Of a stretch of DNA of 64,000 nt, positions 47,832 through 57,247 are shown one piece after another; positions within the stretch are counted from its first letter, which is position 1; each line of letters opens with the position of its first letter. Location: the NCBI GenBank assembly GCA_963803705.1, contig CAWDNU010000004.1, positions 320,001 to 384,000 of the forward strand, read 5' to 3'. The notes under the pieces were generated by a model. That model was given only the letters and a program-made list of their open reading frames with translations. It searched no databases and was not told the DNA's origin. The position numbers were made by a program, and so were the translations under genes. The DNA is from an uncultured Pseudobdellovibrionaceae bacterium (lineage in GTDB: Bacteria; Bdellovibrionota; Bdellovibrionia; Bdellovibrionales; UBA1609).

Positions 47832-49125
47832 TGCGTTTACATCACTAAGGTCTGGGTAGGACTAAAAAGACAGGGACTCTCTCAGTTAGAATTAAGTTGT
47901 GAAACAAAAATTTTAACAAAGGAGAAGAGTCCCATGACTCAACAACAATATATAATAAACAGAAAACTAAATATACTAGATCTTGGAGAAAAGTTAGGAA
48001 ACATCTCTCAGGCATGTAGAAGACTTGGCGTAAGCCGCCAACATTACTACGATATCAAAGACGCAGTGATGGAGAATGGTGTGGATGGATTAATTGAAAA
48101 GTCTAGGTCGAGAGCACGAGTTGCAAACCGAGTGTCAGAAATTTATGAAAAAGCAGTTCTAGATTACTCTTTAGAGTGGCCGACTCATGGTCAAACACGA
48201 GCAGCAAATGAACTTAAAAGAAAAGGTGTGAACATCAGCTCTGGTGGCATCAGAAGTATTTGGTTAAGACACAAGCTTGAGAAAAAGCACTTGAGGTTGA
48301 AACGCCTAGAAGAACACTCTGCAAAGGCAGGAATTGTTTTAACAGAGAGTCAGGTGCAAGCCTTAGAAGATACTAAAGAAGAAAAACAAGCCCACGGCGA
48401 AGTTGAAACCTTCCACCCTGGTTACCTGCTTGGACAAGACACTTTTTATGTAGGCTACATTAAAGGCGTTGGAAAGATTTATCAGCAGACGATGATTGAT
48501 ACGTTTTCAAATGTTGGATTTGCTAAATTGTATTTAGACAAGACATCACTGTCAGCAGCAGACGCTTTGAATGATAAGGTGCTTCCATTTTTTGATGATG
48601 AGCATATGAAAGTGCTTCGAGTGCTGACTGATAATGGCCGTAAATACTGTGGTCCACAGGATCAGCACAAGTACACATTGTTTTTACATTTGAACGATAT
48701 TGAGCACTCAAGAACGAAAGTCAGATGCCCACAAACTAATGGTTGCGTGGAGAAACTAAATCAAACAATTTATGAAGAGTTTTATAAAATTGCATTTAGA
48801 AAAAAGTTGTACTCATCACTTGAAACACTCCAAGAAGATCTGGATGTGTTTATGAACTACTACAATAAGGACCGTACAAACCAAGGAAAGCACTGCGAGG
48901 GCAAAACACCCTATGAAACCTTGGAGCAGGGCTACGCACTCTATGAGCGCTATGTGATGGACGGAGAACCGCTTCCAGGAAAAGAAAAAGAGGCTGACGC
49001 CTCTTCGTCTTCGACACCTCTTTCAAATTTACAAAAAGAAAATACGGGGGTGACGACTACTGATAAAATGAATTAAAAATTGCTAACTGAGAGAGCAACT
49101 GTCAACGCTTTTAGTGACTACTGCA
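47832..49125 (+). mobile_element. IS481-family insertion sequence (left end approximate)
   Basis: Transposase plus imperfect inverted repeats sharing GACAG..CTCTCTCAGTTAG (47869-47889 vs 49083-49103); right end ...GACTACTGCA. Confidence 0.75.
47934..49076 (+). CDS. IS481-family transposase
   Basis: GNISQACRRLGVSRQHYY HTH, QDTFYVG, LTDNG, PQTNGCVE (DDE). Confidence 0.95.
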   Translation: MTQQQYIINRKLNILDLGEKLGNISQACRRLGVSRQHYYDIKDAVMENGVDGLIEKSRSRARVANRVSEIYEKAVLDYSLEWPTHGQTRAANELKRKGVNISSGGIRSIWLRHKLEKKHLRLKRLEEHSAKAGIVLTESQVQALEDTKEEKQAHGEVETFHPGYLLGQDTFYVGYIKGVGKIYQQTMIDTFSNVGFAKLYLDKTSLSAADALNDKVLPFFDDEHMKVLRVLTDNGRKYCGPQDQHKYTLFLHLNDIEHSRTKVRCPQTNGCVEKLNQTIYEEFYKIAFRKKLYSSLETLQEDLDVFMNYYNKDRTNQGKHCEGKTPYETLEQGYALYERYVMDGEPLPGKEKEADASSSSTPLSNLQKENTGVTTTDKMN

Positions 49126-49138
49126 TATAAATTAAATT

Positions 49139-49161
49139 GAGCCTTACCTTTAGTAAGGCTC
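49139..49161. terminator. Perfect hairpin / terminator
   Basis: GAGCCTTAC-CTTTA-GTAAGGCTC. Confidence 0.75.
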
Positions 49162-49175
49162 TTAAAGAATAAATT

Positions 49176-49484
49176 TTAAAAGGGCAGAGGTCTGTTAATT
49201 AACCTATAACCTACAGTAAGGCCATATTTGTCATATGCGGATTCTTGATATGTCATAGTTTCAATATGTTGTTCTTCATTATCTTTTCTGCAAACGACTA
49301 TAAATGAATATTCACCATCAGCGTATCCTGGCTGACCTGGTCCCGGCTGACCAGCGTCTATACAGCTATCATACTCTCTTAACAGTTGAACCATCAACTC
49401 GGCCTTAGTTCCAGAAAATGTAACGGGGCCAGCGTATACTAAATTACTTAATAAAAAGACTGCCAACACTGATAATTTCTTCAT
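49176..49484 (-). CDS. Small secreted protein
   Basis: AGGAG RBS, signal peptide VYA|G, GQPGPGQPG loop. Confidence 0.75.
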   Translation of the reverse strand: MKKLSVLAVFLLSNLVYAGPVTFSGTKAELMVQLLREYDSCIDAGQPGPGQPGYADGEYSFIVVCRKDNEEQHIETMTYQESAYDKYGLTVGYRLINRPLPF

Positions 49485-49686
49485 TTTTAATTCTCCTTTT
49501 TAAAATGTTCAACTTTCATAAGCAAATAATATGCTCACTTAAGTAATGCCAAGAATGAATATATTGATGCCTGAGCACATTAGAACTGTCTAAAATCCAA
49601 AATTCAGAGCCGTGAAATGTCATTTTAATGCGATAGAATTCCGACCAAAATGAAGCGAAGGAACGAAGTCCCATGTGAATGCTTAT

Positions 49687-50130
49687 CTAGTTGGTAATTG
49701 ATGAATAGTCCAAAACACCAACTTGATGGATCATCTTCCATTCTTTTGAATCCAGCAAAGAGTACGTTTTACATGTCCTGCCCAGCCAATTCATATCTTC
49801 ACCCGTGTTTTTATTTTTCCAAAGAGTATCTATATCAACAACCGCAAAGGCTCCATCTTGCTCTTTGGTCAATTCAATCTTCAAAGTCTCTCGCTTATTG
49901 TGAATAAGTTCGAAAGAATCAAATAAATTTTCATAAACTTTTGTCCACCTAACTTCATTAAACTTTCCCTGAGGGCATTCCCACATTAAAGGGTCATGGC
50001 ATTGAGATCCCTTCGGCCAAACCCACACCATGTCTGTATGAAAAATAGATAGAAGATTAGCAATGTTTTTTTCATTCCAAGCCGATGTCTCTCGATTGAT
50101 AATTTCATTAATTTGGTTTTGTTTTGACAA
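49687..50130 (-). CDS. NTF2/SnoaL-like (DUF4440-type) protein
   Basis: RETSAWN..LLSIFH.DMVW, GAFAVVDIDTLW, WKMIHQ; GGGAG RBS with TTG start. Confidence 0.8.
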   Translation of the reverse strand: MSKQNQINEIINRETSAWNEKNIANLLSIFHTDMVWVWPKGSQCHDPLMWECPQGKFNEVRWTKVYENLFDSFELIHNKRETLKIELTKEQDGAFAVVDIDTLWKNKNTGEDMNWLGRTCKTYSLLDSKEWKMIHQVGVLDYSSITN

Positions 50131-50230
50131 CTTATTCTCCCGGCACTAAAAACATGATAAATTTAACGAAAGAACATGAGTTGGTCCAGGTTAAAGTATA
50201 TTGCATATAGCTCCCATCTCTCCTTAAGCA

Positions 50231-50416
50231 TCATCTGATCAAATTCCCACCAAACTGCTCCTTAATATCCTTAGCCAACTGTTCCTCTTGGGTTAGTTTT
50301 CTAAGTCTTAAATTTCCATCCTCAAGGTTTAAATGGCAGTAGAGTGTGGCCTCTCTTTGGCTTGAAGCCAATGAAATATTAAACTTTCTTCTTCCACAGT
50401 TAGCTGTAAACTCGAA
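50231..50416 (-). pseudogene. C-terminal fragment paralogous to the 32253-33131 gene (absent from the ORF track)
   Basis: Translates FEFTANCGRRKFNISLA..TLY..DG..L.KLTQEEQLAKDIKEQFGGNLIR*. Confidence 0.85.
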
Positions 50417-50461
50417 CTAACTTTAAGTTCTAGTTAAATAGATTCAAAACAGTAAATCCTG

Positions 50462-50773
50462 TTAAGAAACATCTTTTAAAGTCAATTCAGAGCCTGGATA
50501 AAGCTTTGAATAGTACTCAACCAGCCTATCAATTGTGAACAAGCTGATTTTACATTTTAAGACCTCATTTAACCTTGGTTGCGGAATGCCAATTTTTTCA
50601 GCTAAACTAGATTGAGTTAAGTCGTTATCTTGCATATAGGCTATAAAGAGTTGGCAAAGTTGATATTTGATTTTATTTGACTGGCTTGCATCTTTTGATA
50701 TTACGAAATCTGCATCTAATTGCTCTGCAAGATCTCGAATCTTTTTAAGCTCTTTTTTATCGGGAAAGGCCAT
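50462..50773 (-). CDS. XRE-family HTH protein (antitoxin-like)
   Basis: LTQSSLAEKIGIPQPRLNEVL..FTIDRL; AGGAG RBS. Confidence 0.85.
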   Translation of the reverse strand: MAFPDKKELKKIRDLAEQLDADFVISKDASQSNKIKYQLCQLFIAYMQDNDLTQSSLAEKIGIPQPRLNEVLKCKISLFTIDRLVEYYSKLYPGSELTLKDVS

Positions 50774-50778
50774 ATTAT

Positions 50779-51075
50779 TTACTCCTTTTATCTATTCTAT
50801 AAACATTAACTACACCCACGTAGACTTTGTCTTGTTCTAAGATCCAGATTGGGCGGTAGAGTTTGTCTTTGAGTTCAAATTCAGACTTAAAATACTCATA
50901 AGAATCAGATTTTTGACCTGCAAATCTTTTCTCATCTAACAATTTAACAAGTTCGATAATAAGGCCGTCGATTATGTCAGAGTGCTTTTGTTTGTAATGG
51001 TCATCAATAATAACTTCCGTGATCTTTTAATTATTAACTGTAATTTTAAATTTAAAAAATTTAGTCGCTTTTTAT
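50779..51075 (-). pseudogene. Disrupted small gene upstream of the XRE gene (putative toxin)
   Basis: FKITVNN*KITEVIIDDHYKQKHSDIIDGLIIELVKLLD...YRPIWILEQDKVYVGVVNVYR; in-frame TAA at 51027-51029 and no intact start. Confidence 0.65.
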
Positions 51076-51144
51076 TTATACAGAATTTTGTATAAAAAGT
51101 AAAGTCCAAAATAATGCCAATTTCTAATATAGCTCATTTAACCA

Positions 51145-51620
51145 GTGCTAGAGCCTTCGAAACAAGGTCTGCCTCAAAGCCGAAATAGAAATTTAATTGT
51201 TGCGCCTCTACTTGAGAGCACCATTTGTACGCTAAATTTCGTCATGAGCTTCAATATTTACATTTTCGCCAATGATCTAAAAGCTATAGTAGAGGACATA
51301 AATGCAGATTGTAGGTTTTTATATACTGGTTCGAGGTATATCACAGACCCTTATCCAACTAACAAAGAAAGCCCAATATCTTCGTGGTCTATACCCGTGG
51401 GTTGCGATGCCAAACCCGGTGACTCTGGCGCTCCAGTATTTAATAATAAAGGTAAAGTTTTAGGTATTTTGTGGGACGGAAAGTTGACTAAGCAGTTTGT
51501 TTCGTCAGAATCACTTATAAAGAGGATAAATTCAAAATCCATAGATTTATAGCAAGATTTTAACTTTGTTGTCCCATCACTAAAGGGAAAAACCTTCAAA
51601 AAAATTTTATTGAATTTTTG
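51145..51620 (+). pseudogene. Trypsin-like serine protease remnant
   Basis: CDAKPGDSGAPVFNNKGKVLGILW; no catalytic His/Asp region; reading continues past TAG 51550-51552 as QDFNFVVP. Confidence 0.7.
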
Positions 51621-51702
51621 AAAGTTCAATAAAATTTTTCGACTCACATCATTACCATTAATTTTACTTTGTACAATTAAGGTTCAAGTATAGGCTCTGT
51701 GC

Positions 51703-52548
51703 GTGGATATTTTTTTAGGACTTAAATTTTTTCTTATTTTTAGCTTAAGTTTGAGCTTAAATCTTTGTTTTGTTACGAAATCTAATGCTGCAGACGTCTT
51801 AAACCCACTCGTTTGCGCTAGCTCTGAAATCCCTTTCATAACATCACAATATATTTTTATCGGCGAAGATCATAGGGATTACAAATCTAAGCAATTTTTA
51901 ATCGACTATCTTCCAGTGTTTAAGTCCATGGGGTATAAATCGATCTTCGTCGAATACATTGAAAGTAAGGACCAACAAGTACTAAATCTATTTAACGAAA
52001 ATCCAATTCTAAATCGCGAAAAAGTATTTAGGACTTATGGTCTTCCCGGTGATTGGGGTTATGATCCCGAACCCTATCTTTTGCTCACGGATGCTATTGG
52101 GTATTATGGCATCGATATCTATGGATTAGACCGAAGATCAGATTTAAGGCTTAGAATAGATCCTGATATTAAAATGGCAATCCGAGACCAGCATATGTTT
52201 AAGATTGCTAACCAACATATCTTAAGAAATCCGAGCGAAAAAATAATCTTTTTAAATGGATCATCTCATTCATTCAAAAACACAAAATTACTAAAACCTA
52301 GTTTCTATGAACTTTTTAGAAAGTTCTATGTAAATCGGACCACTACGAATATAAAAATAGATTATTATACCCATGGCTCTTTAAGCCTTGAACGGTTGAT
52401 GGTTGTTGATAAGAGCAGCGCTAACGAATGTCCAAGTGATTATTTTCTATTTCAACCTAGTCAAAAAAGAGCCTTCGATTTCTACATTTTCGAAAACTCA
52501 AAAAAACTTCTACCTACGATTAACATACCTCATATATTTAGAATTTGA
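51703..52548 (+). CDS. Secreted EreA/ChaN/TIKI-superfamily-like protein
   Basis: Signal peptide; FIGEDH, IFVEY, YGLD, RDQHM, LNGSSH. Confidence 0.65.
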   Translation: MDIFLGLKFFLIFSLSLSLNLCFVTKSNAADVLNPLVCASSEIPFITSQYIFIGEDHRDYKSKQFLIDYLPVFKSMGYKSIFVEYIESKDQQVLNLFNENPILNREKVFRTYGLPGDWGYDPEPYLLLTDAIGYYGIDIYGLDRRSDLRLRIDPDIKMAIRDQHMFKIANQHILRNPSEKIIFLNGSSHSFKNTKLLKPSFYELFRKFYVNRTTTNIKIDYYTHGSLSLERLMVVDKSSANECPSDYFLFQPSQKRAFDFYIFENSKKLLPTINIPHIFRI

Positions 52549-52562
52549 ACTTAAATGGTTAA

Positions 52563-53153
52563 TTAATTTGTATTAGATGCTACAAACCTCCATGGCAAAA
52601 GTGCATCTTCACCGGCATAATCAATTCCAATTCTTGGAGTCACTTGAACTTTATAGCTAAGCTTTGTGTGTTCAAGCCATAAGTTTGAACTTTCGTATAA
52701 AAGTAGACCATTGTGTTGTTTATCAATACCGAAAGCCTGAGAAAATTTGCCTGGGCCATTGGTTAAATTTTTCATTCTATCTGTGGCAAACTTTCTTCGA
52801 GTCTGCATAGTTTTGATTCCAGTCTCAGGTATGACTGACCTAATTAAAATAGCCTTAGGATCATCTTTCGGCCCGACAATAATATTAAATAGATTGTGAA
52901 TGCCATAACATAAGTAAACATAGGCAAGGCCACCTGGTTGATAAAATATATGTGTCCTTTGAGTGTGCTTATTTAAATAAGCGTGACACGCCCTATCGCT
53001 TAGCCCACAGTAAGCTTCAGTCTCTGAAATTATACCGGAAACCAATTGACCGTTTATGTTCGATATTATTCTTAGGCCTATCATTTTTCGTGCAAGGCCG
53101 ACTACATCTGTGCTTTGATAAAAATTAAAGGCAATTTTTCGTGACTGATTCAT
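52563..53153 (-). CDS. mpg: 3-methyladenine DNA glycosylase (MPG/AAG family)
   Basis: ETEAY, YVYLCYGIH, LTNGPGK, PRIGI..A...PWRF. Confidence 0.95.
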   Translation of the reverse strand: MNQSRKIAFNFYQSTDVVGLARKMIGLRIISNINGQLVSGIISETEAYCGLSDRACHAYLNKHTQRTHIFYQPGGLAYVYLCYGIHNLFNIIVGPKDDPKAILIRSVIPETGIKTMQTRRKFATDRMKNLTNGPGKFSQAFGIDKQHNGLLLYESSNLWLEHTKLSYKVQVTPRIGIDYAGEDALLPWRFVASNTN

Positions 53154-53267
53154 GCGGGAACAAAACTAAAACTTTAAAATCACACTTGCAAGGATTTTTG
53201 GCACCATAAATGTGCTTGAGTCTTTTTGATAATCGATTGAAAATCAAGTAATCTTCCAATCAAGGAG

Positions 53268-55403
53268 TTGCTGATGAGAATTCTATTTAGTGCTTTGTTT
53301 TTTTTTGTGGGTTTTAGCGTGAACGCGAAGATTAAAGATGTTAAGAAAGCAAAACAGCAGACATCACTTGAAAATCCACTACTAAAAGAGTGGATAGGTC
53401 CCTATGGCGGAACACCACCTTTTGATAAAGTTGAAATAAAACACTTTCGACCGGCACTTGATAAGGTCATAGCTCAGTTTTACATTGAATTAAAAAAAAT
53501 TAGTGATCTAAAAGCAACCCCAACTTTTGAAAATACAATTGAGGCTTTAGAAGTAATCAATCCAGCTGCTCAGCGCTTAATCCCAATCTATGGCGTATGG
53601 TCAGGAAATTTAAATACGTCTCAATTTCAAAAGATCCAATCCGAATACGCTCCTAAATTAGCCGCCCTAGGCGATGCTTTTGTTCAAGACTCGGCCCTGT
53701 TTAAAAGAATCGAATCTATTTACTTAAACCGGAGAAAATCAGGCTATAATCCTGAACAGATTCGACTTATCGAACTTCAGTACAAGAGCTTTATTAAAAA
53801 AGGAGCAAAGCTAAGTTCATCGAAAAAAAAGAAGGTTGCTGCGATTAACCAAAAACTTGCAACTTTATCTAACGATTTTTCCGATAAGATTCTAAAGGAT
53901 GAACAAGACCAATTTATATTAATAAAAAAGAATAAAGATTTAGCTGGTCTAACCCCGTCGCTAATTAACAGCTATGCTGCTGAAGCCAATCGAAGAGAGC
54001 ACAAAGGCTTTTGGGCAATCGCAAACACGCGGTCCTCAGCAGAGCCTTTTTTAACCTCTTCTTCAGTCAGACCTCTTCGAGAAAAAGTTTTTAAGATGTG
54101 GTCTTCTCGCGGTGATAGTGAAAAAAAGACCAATACCGATAAGCTAATTTCAAAAATAGTTAGGCTAAGGACCAAGCGCTCGAAAATCTTAGGGTTTCCC
54201 TCATACGCGCACTGGAGCCTGACAAATACAATGGCCAAAACCCCAGAGGCTACCTTAGACCTTATGATGAAGGTTTGGAAGCCTGCTTTGAAAAAAGCTA
54301 AGGAAGAGGTTAAAGATATGCAGGCTTTGGTGGATAAGAAAAAGGGTGGGTTTAAAATCAAGCCTTGGGATTATCGGTTTTACGCTGAGCAAGTACGAAA
54401 AGAAAAATTTGATCTGGATATCAACTCACTAAAACCTTATATGCAATTAGAAAATATTACCAAGGCTATGTTTTGGACTGCGAAAAAGCTTTTTGGTCTG
54501 CAATTTAAAAAAGTTGAGAACGTACCAGTCTTTCATCCGGAAGTTACAGTTTACAAGGTTTTAGACTCAAAAAATAAGTTTGTTGGGTTGTGGTATTTTG
54601 ATCCCTTTGCCAGAGCTGGTAAAAGATCTGGCGCATGGATGACTTCTTATCGTGATCAAAATGATATGGATAATAAAAGTATAGCTCCTTTAGTTTCTAA
54701 TAATTCTAATTTTATAAAAGGTAAAAAAGGAGAACCAGTCCTAATATCCTGGGACGACGCTGTAACCATGTTTCACGAATTTGGTCATGCTTTGCACGGA
54801 TTAAGTTCTAAAGTCACCTACCCGTCTTTGTCTGGTACAAATGTACTTTCAGATTATGCAGAATTTCCATCTCAAATTTTAGAAAACTTTTTATCTACGA
54901 AAGAGGTACTAAGATTTTTGGTAAATTCCAAGGGACAAAGAATCCCTAAAAAACTGTTAACTAAACTTCAGAAAGCTAAAACTTTCAATCAGGGGTTTTC
55001 AACTGTCGAGTTTCTAGCTTCAGCAATTGTGGATATGAAGCTGCACTTAGTAGCGGGTCGAAAAAATATTAATCCTAAGTCTTTTGAAAAAAAGATTTTA
55101 AATGAAATTGGTATGCCTTCTGAGATTGTAATGAGACACCGCCTACCCCACTTCAATCACTTATTTGCTGGTGAAGGCTATGCAGCCGGGTACTATGGAT
55201 ATCTTTGGGCGCAGGTGTTGGAAAAAGATGCTTTTGAAGCCTTTTCATCTGCAAAAAATACCTTCGACAAAAAAACGGCTAAAAGGCTTAAGGATTACAT
55301 TTTCTCAGCCGGAAATACCATTGACCCAAATGAGGCTTACCTTAAGTTTCGGGGACGGGATGCTAAGGTGGACGCCTTACTGCGTGCCAGAGGTTTTCTA
55401 TAG
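53268..55403 (+). CDS. dcp: M3 family peptidyl-dipeptidase (Dcp), exported
   Basis: KRSGAWM, FHEFGHALH, EFPSQ, YAAGYYGYLW, FRGRD. Confidence 0.9.
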   Translation: MLMRILFSALFFFVGFSVNAKIKDVKKAKQQTSLENPLLKEWIGPYGGTPPFDKVEIKHFRPALDKVIAQFYIELKKISDLKATPTFENTIEALEVINPAAQRLIPIYGVWSGNLNTSQFQKIQSEYAPKLAALGDAFVQDSALFKRIESIYLNRRKSGYNPEQIRLIELQYKSFIKKGAKLSSSKKKKVAAINQKLATLSNDFSDKILKDEQDQFILIKKNKDLAGLTPSLINSYAAEANRREHKGFWAIANTRSSAEPFLTSSSVRPLREKVFKMWSSRGDSEKKTNTDKLISKIVRLRTKRSKILGFPSYAHWSLTNTMAKTPEATLDLMMKVWKPALKKAKEEVKDMQALVDKKKGGFKIKPWDYRFYAEQVRKEKFDLDINSLKPYMQLENITKAMFWTAKKLFGLQFKKVENVPVFHPEVTVYKVLDSKNKFVGLWYFDPFARAGKRSGAWMTSYRDQNDMDNKSIAPLVSNNSNFIKGKKGEPVLISWDDAVTMFHEFGHALHGLSSKVTYPSLSGTNVLSDYAEFPSQILENFLSTKEVLRFLVNSKGQRIPKKLLTKLQKAKTFNQGFSTVEFLASAIVDMKLHLVAGRKNINPKSFEKKILNEIGMPSEIVMRHRLPHFNHLFAGEGYAAGYYGYLWAQVLEKDAFEAFSSAKNTFDKKTAKRLKDYIFSAGNTIDPNEAYLKFRGRDAKVDALLRARGFL

Positions 55404-56822
55404 CCCGATGATAGAATAGGCTATAGTCCTTCGGTGGATATCTTCTACATATTTAACAGGCTCAACCAAATTCATCTCTAACAGGGCGTGCTCTACAGCA
55501 CCAAACCACAAGTTAGGATCTAGTCCAAGTTCTGATGCTTTTTTACGAGCCTGTTTAATTCGCCCAGGACCAGCGTTATATGCGGCAAGGGTAAGATGTA
55601 TCTGAGCTTGAGGCTCTATACTTTCGCTATCAAAATATGTTTTTTTGAGCCAACTTAAATATTTTACACCGGCTTGAATGTTTCCTTTAGAGTTCTGCTT
55701 TCCTTCAATATTTGATATCCCTACGTAAGGTTCACTTGCAACTTGCCTTTTGATTTGCATAACTCCAATGGCTCCCCACTTGTTCTTTATATTTTGTCGG
55801 AAACGCGACTCTTGATATGCAAGAGCTGCAAGAAGTCGCCAATCCCACCCATACTTTTTGCCGTACTTTTTAAACTCGTCATCGTAAGGCGAAATTCTGT
55901 TTTTCTCTTTAGAAAAATATCTAGTCTGTATCTGAGGAATATTCTTATAATACTTTTTTATATTCATATTTCCATACAGTGTCCCCTTGGCGTAGTTCAC
56001 CAAAAACATGTTTATCTCTTTTTTTAATGGATTAGATTTCTTTTGGATAGCCCAAGAAATAGGTTGGTTTCGAGTTAAAGCTAAGCTCTTATGTAAGTGA
56101 AGATTTCCAAAAACTTTTTGACCCACAAAAGCCAGGTGAGAATCAGCCACAGTAAATTCATATTTACCGAGCGAGACAAGCTCTAGGATAGTTTCCGTGT
56201 CCAAATTCTCATTGACTAGCTCAATAACTACAGGATTCATGCCTTTCGCTAAAAATTGAGCATTTAATTTTTTGATAGTCTGGAAATAGCTGCTGCTTTG
56301 GCGCAAATGTATAGTTTTACCTTGAAGGTCAGAGATTTTTTTAAGACTAATTTTTTTGTGGCTTACCACAATCTCGTCAGCAAGATTGTATGGGTCAGAA
56401 AAATCGACCACCTTTGATCTTTTCAAAGATCCAGTAGTTCCAGCTGCAATAATGTCGCCTTCACCACCACTGAGCTTTTTGAAAAGCTTATCGTACTTAG
56501 TAGGTATAATTTTTAACTTTACCTTTTCAGTTACTGTATTTAACTGATATTTCTTATTTATATGATCTACAAAGGCCTTCGCCATATCATATTCGTAGCC
56601 AGACTGCTTACCCTGGTAAATAAAGTAATTAAAGCTGCTTTCTGTTGTCAGAACTCTTAAGGTCTTCTTTTTTAGAATAGCTTTTAGAGTTCCCTTGTAG
56701 CTTGAACCCGAATACTTTCGAACTTCATACACTTGAAATAAAACTACCATTAACACAAATAAGGTTGCTATCAGAATAAGGCGTTCTTTATATCTATGAA
56801 GAAAATTTTTTTTATTGACCAT
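55398..56822 (-). CDS. mltF: MltF-like membrane-bound lytic transglycosylase
   Basis: Solute-binding domain (GYEYDMA, VADSH) plus SLT domain (YQESRF, GVMQI, AAYNAGPG, YVEDI). Confidence 0.85.
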   Translation of the reverse strand: MVNKKNFLHRYKERLILIATLFVLMVVLFQVYEVRKYSGSSYKGTLKAILKKKTLRVLTTESSFNYFIYQGKQSGYEYDMAKAFVDHINKKYQLNTVTEKVKLKIIPTKYDKLFKKLSGGEGDIIAAGTTGSLKRSKVVDFSDPYNLADEIVVSHKKISLKKISDLQGKTIHLRQSSSYFQTIKKLNAQFLAKGMNPVVIELVNENLDTETILELVSLGKYEFTVADSHLAFVGQKVFGNLHLHKSLALTRNQPISWAIQKKSNPLKKEINMFLVNYAKGTLYGNMNIKKYYKNIPQIQTRYFSKEKNRISPYDDEFKKYGKKYGWDWRLLAALAYQESRFRQNIKNKWGAIGVMQIKRQVASEPYVGISNIEGKQNSKGNIQAGVKYLSWLKKTYFDSESIEPQAQIHLTLAAYNAGPGRIKQARKKASELGLDPNLWFGAVEHALLEMNLVEPVKYVEDIHRRTIAYSIIGL

Positions 56823-57247
56823 TTTTTTAAAACCCTTTTGAATCCTCCATCTAAGGACCCAGTACATCTTCAATATTTTTGTAAAACGAAGGTACTATGT
56901 ACAAAGTACACAATCAAATGAACAAGACACAGCTTACATTCTTTACATGGATATCTGCTCTTGCCAGTTTTCAAAATTAGGGTCTGTTGACGCTACGATC
57001 TAATTAAGTAAATGGGTTCACTCAACAAGCCTTAGAATGCTGTATTAATGAAGCAGATTGTAGCTAGAGTCGTGCCCTTTAATCAGATTGATACGAATGG
57101 TTTTTTAGTGGACTTGCTTCGAGCGGTTTAGAGGTGGTCCGATTCAGCATAAAAGTTCACAGACGATTTTTTAATTTGGAATTTTATGATTTAATTTAAA
57201 CATTTTAAATCTTTGTGTTCATTGCGCTTTAAGAAGCCTGAAATTCT

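Larger units (their letters stand above)
29310..52550. mobile_element. Decayed accessory region / genomic island downstream of tRNA-His (right boundary approximate)
   Basis: Visibly AT-richer; orphan secreted genes, truncated genes, IS, TA remnant; core-like genes resume at mpg. Confidence 0.6.

Noticed and set aside
49600..49695. Possible integron attC site after the NTF2-like gene (CTTCGTTCCTTCGCTTC)
   Set aside because: No matching RYYYAAC/GTTRRRY pair, no second copy, and no integron integrase in the window
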